A stretch of DNA of 64,000 nucleotides, taken from a virus (taxonomy: Duplodnaviria; Heunggongvirae; Uroviricota; Caudoviricetes; Straboviridae). Both the position numbers and the translations under genes were made by a program. The stretch is taken from positions 64,001 through 128,000 of the IMG/VR virus record IMGVR_UViG_2974656882_000001, one strand, 5' to 3'. Shown here in pieces: positions 16,423-23,978 of this stretch (positions within the stretch are counted from its first letter, which is position 1; the number at the start of each line of letters is the position of its first letter). Under the pieces are notes generated by a model. It ran no database searches and was not told the origin of the DNA. It saw nothing but the letters and a program-made list of their open reading frames with translations.

Positions 16423-16724
16423 TGATTACTGCGGAAGAACGTGCTAAACTAACAAAAGATGCACAAACCTCTATTAAACTAGAACTAACTAAATTGACTA
16501 AACTTGTACTTGAAGAAATTGATAAGTCGATTACTCATCGCACTGAAAAAGGCGAATGGCATGTACGAGTCAATGCAATAATTATTGCACGAAATATCAT
16601 CGAGCTTCATCGCTCAGCTCTGACCCCAAATGAAGTGCAAAATTCAGTAATTGCCGCACTTCGTGAAATCGGATATGATGCATACATAACTCAAGCCCTT
16701 TTACACATTGAATGGAGCCGATAA
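16422..16724 (+). CDS. Hypothetical protein, 100 aa
   Basis: TAATG coupling on both sides. Confidence 0.7.
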   Translation: MITAEERAKLTKDAQTSIKLELTKLTKLVLEEIDKSITHRTEKGEWHVRVNAIIIARNIIELHRSALTPNEVQNSVIAALREIGYDAYITQALLHIEWSR

Positions 16725-17644
16725 TGGACAAGAAAGTAGTTTTAACTGTAGGCGCGCCTGGTTCTGGCAAATCAACTTGGGCCTTAGAACAAGTTGAAAA
16801 GTCTCGAAAGGGTAATAAAACTATCACATTAACGCGTGATGATATGCGAGCACTATTATTTGGTGGTAAATACAAATACTCACGTGAAAATGAAGCACTA
16901 GTAACTCAATCCTTAATGCACACTTTAAAACTTGCGTTAGCAGACAAAGTTACAGATCGCATTATTATCGCAGATACAAACCTAAATGAATCAACACGCA
17001 AGACAATCTATAATTTCTTGATTAAAGAACAAGAGCACCATGACGGCAAAATTACATATGAAGAAAAACCATTTGATGAATCATGGGTAGAACTCGAAAA
17101 ACGTAACTTGACTCGTGGGAACAAAGCAGTTCCAAAACCAGTACTTCGTGACATGTATTTACGAATGCAAAAGTACTTAGGAAAGCATCGCCAATATGTG
17201 CCAAATCCTGAATTACCAAAGGCCGTCATTTTTGATCTTGATGGCACATTAGCTAATAATGATCATCGTGATGCATTTGCATACTGGAAACTCGATAAAG
17301 ATACTCCAGTAGAATTCGTGGTTAATATTCTTAAAATGTACAAACAAAACGGCTATAAAATTCTCTGTGTATCTGGGCGTAATGCTGGTACTAAAGATGA
17401 TAATCTAAAGTATTATAACATGACGGCAGATTGGTTGTCGTATAATGCAATCCCATGGGACAACTTGTACATGCGAGCTCACGATGATCGTCGCAAAGAT
17501 GATATTACTAAGGAAGAAATCTTCTGGACTCATATTGCGGACAACTATAATGTTGAATGCGCTTTTGACGACCGCGATCGCGTCATTGAACTTTGGCGAC
17601 GAATTGGTGTAAATGCAGCTCAAGTGCAATTCGGGGAGTTTTGA
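16724..17644 (+). CDS. pseT: Polynucleotide 5'-kinase / 3'-phosphatase
   Basis: GAPGSGKST P-loop; IFDLDGT HAD motif; AFDDRDRV. Confidence 0.95.
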   Translation: MDKKVVLTVGAPGSGKSTWALEQVEKSRKGNKTITLTRDDMRALLFGGKYKYSRENEALVTQSLMHTLKLALADKVTDRIIIADTNLNESTRKTIYNFLIKEQEHHDGKITYEEKPFDESWVELEKRNLTRGNKAVPKPVLRDMYLRMQKYLGKHRQYVPNPELPKAVIFDLDGTLANNDHRDAFAYWKLDKDTPVEFVVNILKMYKQNGYKILCVSGRNAGTKDDNLKYYNMTADWLSYNAIPWDNLYMRAHDDRRKDDITKEEIFWTHIADNYNVECAFDDRDRVIELWRRIGVNAAQVQFGEF

Positions 17645-17645
17645 T

Positions 17646-18176
17646 ATGCGTTATGCAGCATGTATACTTATTGAAAATAATGGAAAATTCCTTGCGGTTA
17701 GTCGCAAGGATGACCTAACAGATTTTGGATTGCCTGGCGGCAAAATCGACTTAGGCGAAACAATTGTTGAAGGTGCAAAACGTGAATGCCTTGAAGAGAC
17801 TGGCATCTGGCCTACAGTTCTTGACTTAAGTGATCCATATGTTGCAATTGATGGCGATTTCGAAGTTAGCACATTTCATGCAATTCCATCAAGCATGAAA
17901 GAACCTTACCAGCCTTTAGCTGAATCTGAAACAGGTTTAGTAGAATGGGTTACTGCTGATAAGCTAATGGAAGGCACATTTGGCAAATATAATCGCGATG
18001 CTTTAATTCATTTCGGGTATATTAAAAAATATCAAATTTGGTATACTCATGACACTAAACTAAAATATCCACCACAAGATGAATTTTATGCAACTTCAGC
18101 AGTTGAAGCAATCAAGAAATTTCTTGTAGCTTCTGCTGGACAATATTACGTACACCACGTTGAGGAAATACAATGA
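17646..18176 (+). CDS. Nudix hydrolase
   Basis: Nudix box GGKIDLGETIVEGAKRECLEETG; GGAG SD. Confidence 0.88.
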   Translation: MRYAACILIENNGKFLAVSRKDDLTDFGLPGGKIDLGETIVEGAKRECLEETGIWPTVLDLSDPYVAIDGDFEVSTFHAIPSSMKEPYQPLAESETGLVEWVTADKLMEGTFGKYNRDALIHFGYIKKYQIWYTHDTKLKYPPQDEFYATSAVEAIKKFLVASAGQYYVHHVEEIQ

Positions 18177-18487
18177 ACCTTTATCAAAAAATCAAAGACA
18201 TTCATGTTATGCATAACGCTATTATGCCAAAGGAAGAGGCAAGCAAAATTGAAGTGTTGCTTGAAGAAGACGGGCGATGTAAAAAATATATGCAAGAACA
18301 TAATTGTAATGCATTTTTATTTGTGACACCAGGTTTTTCTTTCGGTGGACGAATCTTTTTTGATCGCGATGAACGATTTGCACCTGGTGATGTAGTTCGA
18401 ACTTCATTAGTAAAATCAATTGATAGTATTGATGGCGAATTTAGCGTAGTACAAACTCGCAATACTCGATACATTTGTTTAGGCTAA
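18173..18487 (+). CDS. Hypothetical protein, 104 aa
   Basis: GAGGA SD; ATGA overlap. Confidence 0.7.
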   Translation: MNLYQKIKDIHVMHNAIMPKEEASKIEVLLEEDGRCKKYMQEHNCNAFLFVTPGFSFGGRIFFDRDERFAPGDVVRTSLVKSIDSIDGEFSVVQTRNTRYICLG

Positions 18488-18489
18488 AC

Positions 18490-18515
18490 TGCTATAGGGA
18501 TATTTGAAATATAAT
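18490..18515 (+). promoter_or_regulatory. Middle promoter for cd
   Basis: TGCTATA, 13 nt, TATAAT. Confidence 0.5.
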
Positions 18516-18538
18516 AACCTTATACTCGAGGTAATGAT

Positions 18539-19090
18539 ATGAAAGCTACTACGTTTATGCAAATCGCTTATTTAGTTTCACAAGAATCTAAATGTGTATC
18601 TTGGAAAGTTGGTGCAGTTATTGCCAAAAATGGACGTATTATTTCAACTGGATATAACGGCTCACCTGCCGGAGGAGTAAATTGCTGTGATCATGCCGAA
18701 CAAGAAGGATGGACAACTAACCGATACAATCCGGTCCCTCCACACAACAACACAGTCTTACTTAAAAGTGAATGTCGTGTCTCGCACAGCACCTGGTCTG
18801 CAATTAATGAGATTCATGCAGAACTTAATGCAATCTTATACGCAGCAAAAAATGGAACGTCAATTGACGGTGCGACAATGTACGTCACTCTTAGCCCGTG
18901 TCCTGATTGCGCAAAAGCTATTGCCAACAGTGGCATTAAACAACTGGTCTACTCAGAGACATATGATCGCAACATCGAAGGTTGGGAAAAAATACTCGAA
19001 GCTGCAGGAATTAAAGTCTTTCAAATCAACAAGCAAGCGTTAAAGAATCTTGATTGGACAAATATCATAAATTACGGAGGTTTACAATGA
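18539..19090 (+). CDS. cd: dCMP deaminase
   Basis: SKCVSWKVGAVI, EIHAELNAI, SPCPDCAKAI. Confidence 0.96.
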   Translation: MKATTFMQIAYLVSQESKCVSWKVGAVIAKNGRIISTGYNGSPAGGVNCCDHAEQEGWTTNRYNPVPPHNNTVLLKSECRVSHSTWSAINEIHAELNAILYAAKNGTSIDGATMYVTLSPCPDCAKAIANSGIKQLVYSETYDRNIEGWEKILEAAGIKVFQINKQALKNLDWTNIINYGGLQ

Positions 19091-19428
19091 GTTTAAATTT
19101 GACCCAACTTGGGTACAGAAAACTTCACTCTCACGTTGCAACAGTATTACATAGTGGAACACATCAAATCGTTTTTCAAAAGAAAAATGGTGACATCAGA
19201 GTTATTCAAGGTACTCTTGATCCAGGAGTATTAGCTCAAAAACTCGGTGATGCATTTGATGAAACTTCTGTTCGGGTTATTGATGAAAGTGTAAAAACAT
19301 CTTTGCCTGTCTATGACGTTGAATTAAATGATTGGCGTTCATTCTCTCTTGATAACGTAATCGGTATTGATGGTATAAATATCAATACATTATTAAAACA
19401 TGCTCAAATTAATCTTGAAGAGGAATAA
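19087..19428 (+). CDS. 31.1: T4 gp31.1-like SH3-fold protein
   Basis: VFQKKNGDIR..GT and PVYDVELNDWRSFSLD; GGAGG SD. Confidence 0.8.
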   Translation: MSLNLTQLGYRKLHSHVATVLHSGTHQIVFQKKNGDIRVIQGTLDPGVLAQKLGDAFDETSVRVIDESVKTSLPVYDVELNDWRSFSLDNVIGIDGININTLLKHAQINLEEE

Positions 19429-19430
19429 AA

Positions 19431-19757
19431 ATGTCTCAACATAAAATCGTTGCATTAGGTTCACATGTAATTCTTAAAGCTGTTGCAAAATCTGCTGGCG
19501 CTACAGAAAAAACTGCATCTGGGATTCTATTGCCTCCTAAAAAGGAAAGTGAAATCCCTAATATGTGTGAAATCTTTGCAATTGGGCCTACAGTTCCATT
19601 TGGTTTATTTGAAATTGGCGACAAGACTCCATTCCCGCTAGGTGAAAAATTAAATGTTCCACATCCGGATGTAGTTGCAGGTATTTGTGAAGCTAAAGAT
19701 CGAGATGATAAATTTATCACTACACATTTTTCAAATATTGCTTGTGTATACAAATAA
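19431..19757 (+). CDS. 31: Co-chaperonin gp31, GroES analog
   Basis: TASGILL mobile loop, IGPTVP, NVPHP, C-terminal ACVYK. Confidence 0.92.
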   Translation: MSQHKIVALGSHVILKAVAKSAGATEKTASGILLPPKKESEIPNMCEIFAIGPTVPFGLFEIGDKTPFPLGEKLNVPHPDVVAGICEAKDRDDKFITTHFSNIACVYK

Positions 19758-19768
19758 CAATAGTAATT

Positions 19769-19786
19769 AAGGCGCTTCGGCGCCTT
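19769..19786 (+). terminator. UUCG hairpin after gene 31
   Basis: AAGGCGC-TTCG-GCGCCTT. Confidence 0.7.
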
Positions 19787-19787
19787 G

Positions 19788-19829
19788 TCTCGTTTATAAA
19801 TATTTTCATACTACAACTTATAAACGAGA
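19788..19829 (+). promoter_or_regulatory. Late promoter inside a 12-bp inverted repeat that covers the rIII SD
   Basis: TCTCGTTTATAA 19788-99 / TTATAAACGAGA 19818-29; TATAAATA at 19795-19802. Confidence 0.7.
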
Positions 19830-19835
19830 AATAGA

Positions 19836-20078
19836 ATGGACATTCAAAATATCTTAGCAATACAACGCGAAGCTTGGAATAGAGGTCATGAAAATTATGG
19901 CACTGAGCTTGACATTTTAGGTGCAGCCAAAGTAATTTTAGATCGATTTAAACATTTAAATCCGGCACAAAAACGGTTATTTGACTCGATTGAATCTATT
20001 GATGCAGTTAAATTTGCAAAGCCTTTGTGTTCTCGTGCAAATAAAGAAGTTCGCCGTTTAGTGGTAACACTTAAATGA
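19836..20078 (+). CDS. rIII: Lysis inhibition accessory protein rIII
   Basis: QREAWNRGHENYG..FKHLNPAQ..KFAKPL..VVTLK matches recalled T4 rIII. Confidence 0.93.
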   Translation: MDIQNILAIQREAWNRGHENYGTELDILGAAKVILDRFKHLNPAQKRLFDSIESIDAVKFAKPLCSRANKEVRRLVVTLK

Positions 20079-20395
20079 AATTATTTAGCTCAATATATGA
20101 AGATGCTCGCGATGCTGGTTATCCTCACGAGTTATATACTCCAAGACCATTAGGCGCCAAAGATTTAAATTTTGTTAAAATTAATTCAAATCGTGCGCCT
20201 GGTCAAACTGCTCTCAAATATGACGGAACAGAACTTATAGGAAGTTGTGTTTTGCAAAATACCGATAGAATTTTTCAGTATTCACACATAGAAAGTGAAG
20301 AAAATGAATATCATATTGAATCCGTCGAAATGTACAGAAATCTCTGGAACTCGATCCATATTCCTCTACAAAGCACTAAATTTATAGGAAATTAA
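20075..20395 (+). CDS. Hypothetical protein, 106 aa, weak capsid-targeting-like N-terminus
   Basis: MKLFSSIYE|D; ATGA overlap with rIII. Confidence 0.65.
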   Translation: MKLFSSIYEDARDAGYPHELYTPRPLGAKDLNFVKINSNRAPGQTALKYDGTELIGSCVLQNTDRIFQYSHIESEENEYHIESVEMYRNLWNSIHIPLQSTKFIGN

Positions 20396-20396
20396 A

Positions 20397-20636
20397 ATGA
20401 AATCTTTTAAACAAGTATTATCGGAATCTACCCAACTTGATGAAGCAACGGCTCTTACCGCAAAAAGCACAAATCTTCGTAAACAAATCGAATTATTTTT
20501 GCGAGATGTAAGCGCAGAACAAAAAACCGTAAAAACACCTAACGAAAAACGTGTATACACTGAAATTGGCGTAATGGTGTCTCATATGTTAGCCAAACTT
20601 CAAGAAATTGATAATAAAATTCATATGGATCTATAA
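20397..20636 (+). CDS. Candidate internal head protein A, 79 aa
   Basis: MKSFKQVLSE|STQLDE|AT resembles T4 IP targeting peptides with (I/L)xE cleavage sites; AGGA SD. Confidence 0.7.
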   Translation: MKSFKQVLSESTQLDEATALTAKSTNLRKQIELFLRDVSAEQKTVKTPNEKRVYTEIGVMVSHMLAKLQEIDNKIHMDL

Positions 20637-20637
20637 A

Positions 20638-20976
20638 ATGAAAGCATTTTCTCAATTTGCAAGAGAAGTAAACTTTCCTTTGACAGAAAGCATAGACAAA
20701 AAATTTTATGTGTTAATAACACGTGTAGGAAAGGATGGTATTACACGTGTCCAGCATAGAGACGAGTGGTTTACTGCAGCGCAGTTAGCTAGATTTAAAC
20801 GCAACCTTGAATCTGATGGCTATGAAAAAAGTAACAATTCCTCTATTACTGTAAAAGGATATGATAATTTTGCTAAATGGTACAAAGATGCCATTGCAGC
20901 AAAAGCTAACAAACAAATGAGTTGGGCTCACGATATTAAAATTCCGAGTTCCGAATCATATTTTGTACCGTATTAA
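20638..20976 (+). CDS. Candidate internal head protein B, 112 aa
   Basis: MKAFSQFAREVNFPLTE|S; ATG 1 nt after the upstream stop. Confidence 0.65.
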   Translation: MKAFSQFAREVNFPLTESIDKKFYVLITRVGKDGITRVQHRDEWFTAAQLARFKRNLESDGYEKSNNSSITVKGYDNFAKWYKDAIAAKANKQMSWAHDIKIPSSESYFVPY

Positions 20977-20979
20977 AAT

Positions 20980-21004
20980 AAATGGGCTCAATTGAGCCCA
21001 TTTT
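20980..21004 (+). terminator. Intrinsic terminator
   Basis: AAATGGGCTCA-AT-TGAGCCCATTTT. Confidence 0.8.
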
Positions 21005-21007
21005 GCT

Positions 21008-21037
21008 GTTTACATCTTGTCAAATTTGTGGTATAAT
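21008..21037 (+). promoter_or_regulatory. Early promoter for 30.3
   Basis: GTTTACA, 17 nt, TATAAT. Confidence 0.8.
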
Positions 21038-21069
21038 ATTCACATATCATTAATACTTAGGCACATGGT

Positions 21070-21561
21070 ATGGATGTAATAGACATATATTTTAGGCATG
21101 CAGGACCAGCCGGTCAGCTAAGCAATTTAACTAAAAATCCATTCATAATGGATAAGATCTTCTTTGGCTCCACTGAAGGCTTTTTACAAGGGCTTCGAGA
21201 AAAGAATCCAGAAATCCAGAAAGAAATTTTTGCATTAGATGGCGTCAAAGCTAAAAAGTCAGGTGCTATTCGCCCTATCAAAAACCAAACACTTTATTGG
21301 CAAGGCCGCCCATTTGATAGACATTCAGAATTTTACCAAGAATTGTTGCATCGCATGTATATGAATTGCTTTGTGCAAAATGAAAAATACCAAAAGGCAT
21401 TATATGAAACTCTTGGTAAAAAATTAATTCATAGCATAGGCAAATCCGATCCATTTGATACTATTCTTACTGAACAAGAATTTATTGGAAACCTTGATAG
21501 AATTCGCACTAAATATTCTCGTTATCTGGAATTAAAATACGGCTATAACCCTTTAACCTAA
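21070..21561 (+). CDS. 30.3: gp30.3-like NADAR-family protein
   Basis: LSNL..FIMD..STEGFLQG, TLYWQG, HSIGKSDPFDTILTEQEF; synteny before 30.2. Confidence 0.85.
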   Translation: MDVIDIYFRHAGPAGQLSNLTKNPFIMDKIFFGSTEGFLQGLREKNPEIQKEIFALDGVKAKKSGAIRPIKNQTLYWQGRPFDRHSEFYQELLHRMYMNCFVQNEKYQKALYETLGKKLIHSIGKSDPFDTILTEQEFIGNLDRIRTKYSRYLELKYGYNPLT

Positions 21562-21574
21562 TAAGGAAAATGAA

Positions 21575-22237
21575 ATGAAATTTGCTCGTAATGATGGCGC
21601 ACGCCCTGTAGTTGCAATCGATGTTGATGGTGTATGTGTTAAATGGCAATCTGGGCTACCTTACTTCATGGCAAAACATGCGATACCAACAGAAAAAGCT
21701 CTTGAATGTATTTTAACTGAAGAATTCATGTCGCCATCACAATTATTTGGCTGTGATCCTTCTATTGCAAAAACATTTGTTGAAGACTATAATAAATCAA
21801 ACTTTATTAAATATCTTGCACCATATGATGATGCGCTTGAAATGATCAATACGATGAAAGAACACTGGGATTTTGTAGCAGTTACTGCTTTAGGTACAGA
21901 CAAAGAAACTGTAATGAATAGATTATTCAACCTTAACGCATTATTTCCTGGCGCATTCAAAGACATTTTTGTATGTGATTTTGGTGAAAGTAAAGACAAA
22001 GTACTAGAGCGAGTAAGACAGAAACATCAAAATATTGTAATGTTTATTGACGATTTAGGATCAAATATTGAATCCGCCGCACGTGTACTGCCTGATATCC
22101 CGCGTTATTATATTCAACGTGGACCTCGTCCAGTAGTAAATGTACCGCATTTTGTTGCTAAGGATCTAAATGAAGTTCGGTTACATTATTTAGCAAAATT
22201 ATTGCCATCTTATGTTAACATTATCGACGAAGTATGA
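21575..22237 (+). CDS. 30.2: gp30.2-like HAD-family protein
   Basis: AIDVDGVCVKWQSGLPYF and MFIDDL. Confidence 0.85.
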   Translation: MKFARNDGARPVVAIDVDGVCVKWQSGLPYFMAKHAIPTEKALECILTEEFMSPSQLFGCDPSIAKTFVEDYNKSNFIKYLAPYDDALEMINTMKEHWDFVAVTALGTDKETVMNRLFNLNALFPGAFKDIFVCDFGESKDKVLERVRQKHQNIVMFIDDLGSNIESAARVLPDIPRYYIQRGPRPVVNVPHFVAKDLNEVRLHYLAKLLPSYVNIIDEV

Positions 22238-22243
22238 TATAAT
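22215..22243 (+). promoter_or_regulatory. Sigma70-like promoter for DNA ligase
   Basis: TTAACA, 17 nt, TATAAT, with TGn extension. Confidence 0.55.
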
Positions 22244-22266
22244 AGACTCATAAACTGGAGTATAGT

Positions 22267-23760
22267 ATGAATATTTTAGACATTTTAAATTCAATTGCTG
22301 CAACTGATTCTACAAACGAAAAGCTGGCAATACTAAAAGCAAATGCTGAAAATGAAACACTCAAAACTGTGTATCGTATGGCATACCATCCACGCCTTCA
22401 ATATGGCATCAAAAAAATTCCTGAATTTGATAATGCCACAAAACTTGTAAATGTTGAAATTGAATCTGTTCTTGAATTCCTTGAACGTGATTTAGCTACA
22501 CGAGTTTTTACTGGTAATACTGCAATTCAAGCATTATCACAGAAATTATCTGCACTTCAACCGTGGGATTCGGAAGTTATTCGTCGAGTTATTAAACGTG
22601 ATCTTGAATGCGGAGCATCAGCAACTCTAGCCAATAAAGTTTGGAAGGGTTTAATTCCATCTCAACCTCAAATGCTTGCTTCTTCAATGAGTGAAAAAGC
22701 ATTAAGCTTTATCAAATTCCCTGCATTAGCTCAACTTAAAGCTGATGGTGCTCGATGCTTTGCTGAAATTCGTGGTGAATCAATTGCAGATGTAAAATTC
22801 TTGAGTCGTGCAGGTAACGAATATCAAGGTCTTGATAATTTAGCTCGAGAATTAATTGCAGCAACACGTGAATATCGTGCAGCAAATGGTCCATGTATGG
22901 TAGATGGCGAATTAGTTGCAGTTAGTCGTCCAGTAAAAAATAAAGTTTCAGTAGATGAAATGTTTTCTGCACCAATTGAAATTGATGAATCTCATAAAGC
23001 CGATCAAAAAAATGTAGTACTTCGTTCTGAATCAAATGGGCTAGCAAATAAATCACTTAAAGGTACAATTTCAGCTCAAGAAGCTAATGCAATGAGTTTC
23101 CAAGTTTGGGATTTAGTTCCACTTGATGTGATTTATGACGGCAAAACTAGTCTTCGATATGAAAACCGTTTTGAACAACTACAAGCATTATTCAAACATT
23201 CTGATCGTGTATTAGTAATCGAATCTACTGTAGTTAACAATCTTGATGAAGCTCGAGCAATCTACAAAAAATATGTTGAACAAGGACTCGAAGGTATTAT
23301 TCTTAAAAATACCGATGGCCTTTGGGAAAATAAACGTTCTAAAAACCAAGTTAAATTTAAAGAAGAAATCATGGTGGATTTACGTATTGTTGCAGTTCAA
23401 GAACATAGTAAAGATCCAACAAAACTCGGTGCAGTATTCTTGCGTTCAGATGATAATTTAATTCGAGTTAAATGTGGTTCTGGATTCACTGATACAAATG
23501 CAGTTAAAGTTAAAGGCGAATGGGTTCCTATTCCATTTGAAGAGTTAGATGAACTAAATCGTTCTAAACTTTGGTTAACACAAGATGAACTTATTGGTAC
23601 AGTCGTCGAAATCAAATGTAATGGTTGGATTGCCGCTGAAGGACGTACCGAATATGTTTCATTATTCCTGCCAGTAATCGAACGTCTACGTCATGACAAA
23701 AACGAGACAAATTCATTGGCTGATTTATTCCCTGAAGCATTAAATGTAATTGAGGCATAA
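22267..23760 (+). CDS. 30: ATP-dependent DNA ligase gp30
   Basis: QLKADGARC, VDGEL, LEGIILKN, WENKRSKNQVKFK. Confidence 0.97.
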   Translation: MNILDILNSIAATDSTNEKLAILKANAENETLKTVYRMAYHPRLQYGIKKIPEFDNATKLVNVEIESVLEFLERDLATRVFTGNTAIQALSQKLSALQPWDSEVIRRVIKRDLECGASATLANKVWKGLIPSQPQMLASSMSEKALSFIKFPALAQLKADGARCFAEIRGESIADVKFLSRAGNEYQGLDNLARELIAATREYRAANGPCMVDGELVAVSRPVKNKVSVDEMFSAPIEIDESHKADQKNVVLRSESNGLANKSLKGTISAQEANAMSFQVWDLVPLDVIYDGKTSLRYENRFEQLQALFKHSDRVLVIESTVVNNLDEARAIYKKYVEQGLEGIILKNTDGLWENKRSKNQVKFKEEIMVDLRIVAVQEHSKDPTKLGAVFLRSDDNLIRVKCGSGFTDTNAVKVKGEWVPIPFEELDELNRSKLWLTQDELIGTVVEIKCNGWIAAEGRTEYVSLFLPVIERLRHDKNETNSLADLFPEALNVIEA

Positions 23761-23761
23761 T

Positions 23762-23944
23762 ATGTACAAAGTTCTTTTAGAAATCCATAGCAAAAGAGGC
23801 CCATCGCAAAATGTTGCTATATCATCATCTGCGGTTGTACTTGAATTCGATAGTACTTTCGCTCGTGACAGGTTTCTCGAAAACTTGATAGAGCATGAAA
23901 ACGTTAATGGTATTGAAGTCAATAGAATTGCACGTACATTATAA
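23762..23944 (+). CDS. Hypothetical protein, 60 aa
   Basis: GAGG SD at 23752; ends just before a terminator. Confidence 0.6.
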   Translation: MYKVLLEIHSKRGPSQNVAISSSAVVLEFDSTFARDRFLENLIEHENVNGIEVNRIARTL

Positions 23945-23945
23945 C

Positions 23946-23972
23946 AAAAAAGGAGCCAAATGGCTCCTTTTT
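23946..23972. terminator. Bidirectional terminator, gene 30 block versus alt
   Basis: A6-GGAGCCA-AA-TGGCTCC-T5. Confidence 0.85.
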
Positions 23973-23978
23973 GCGGTT

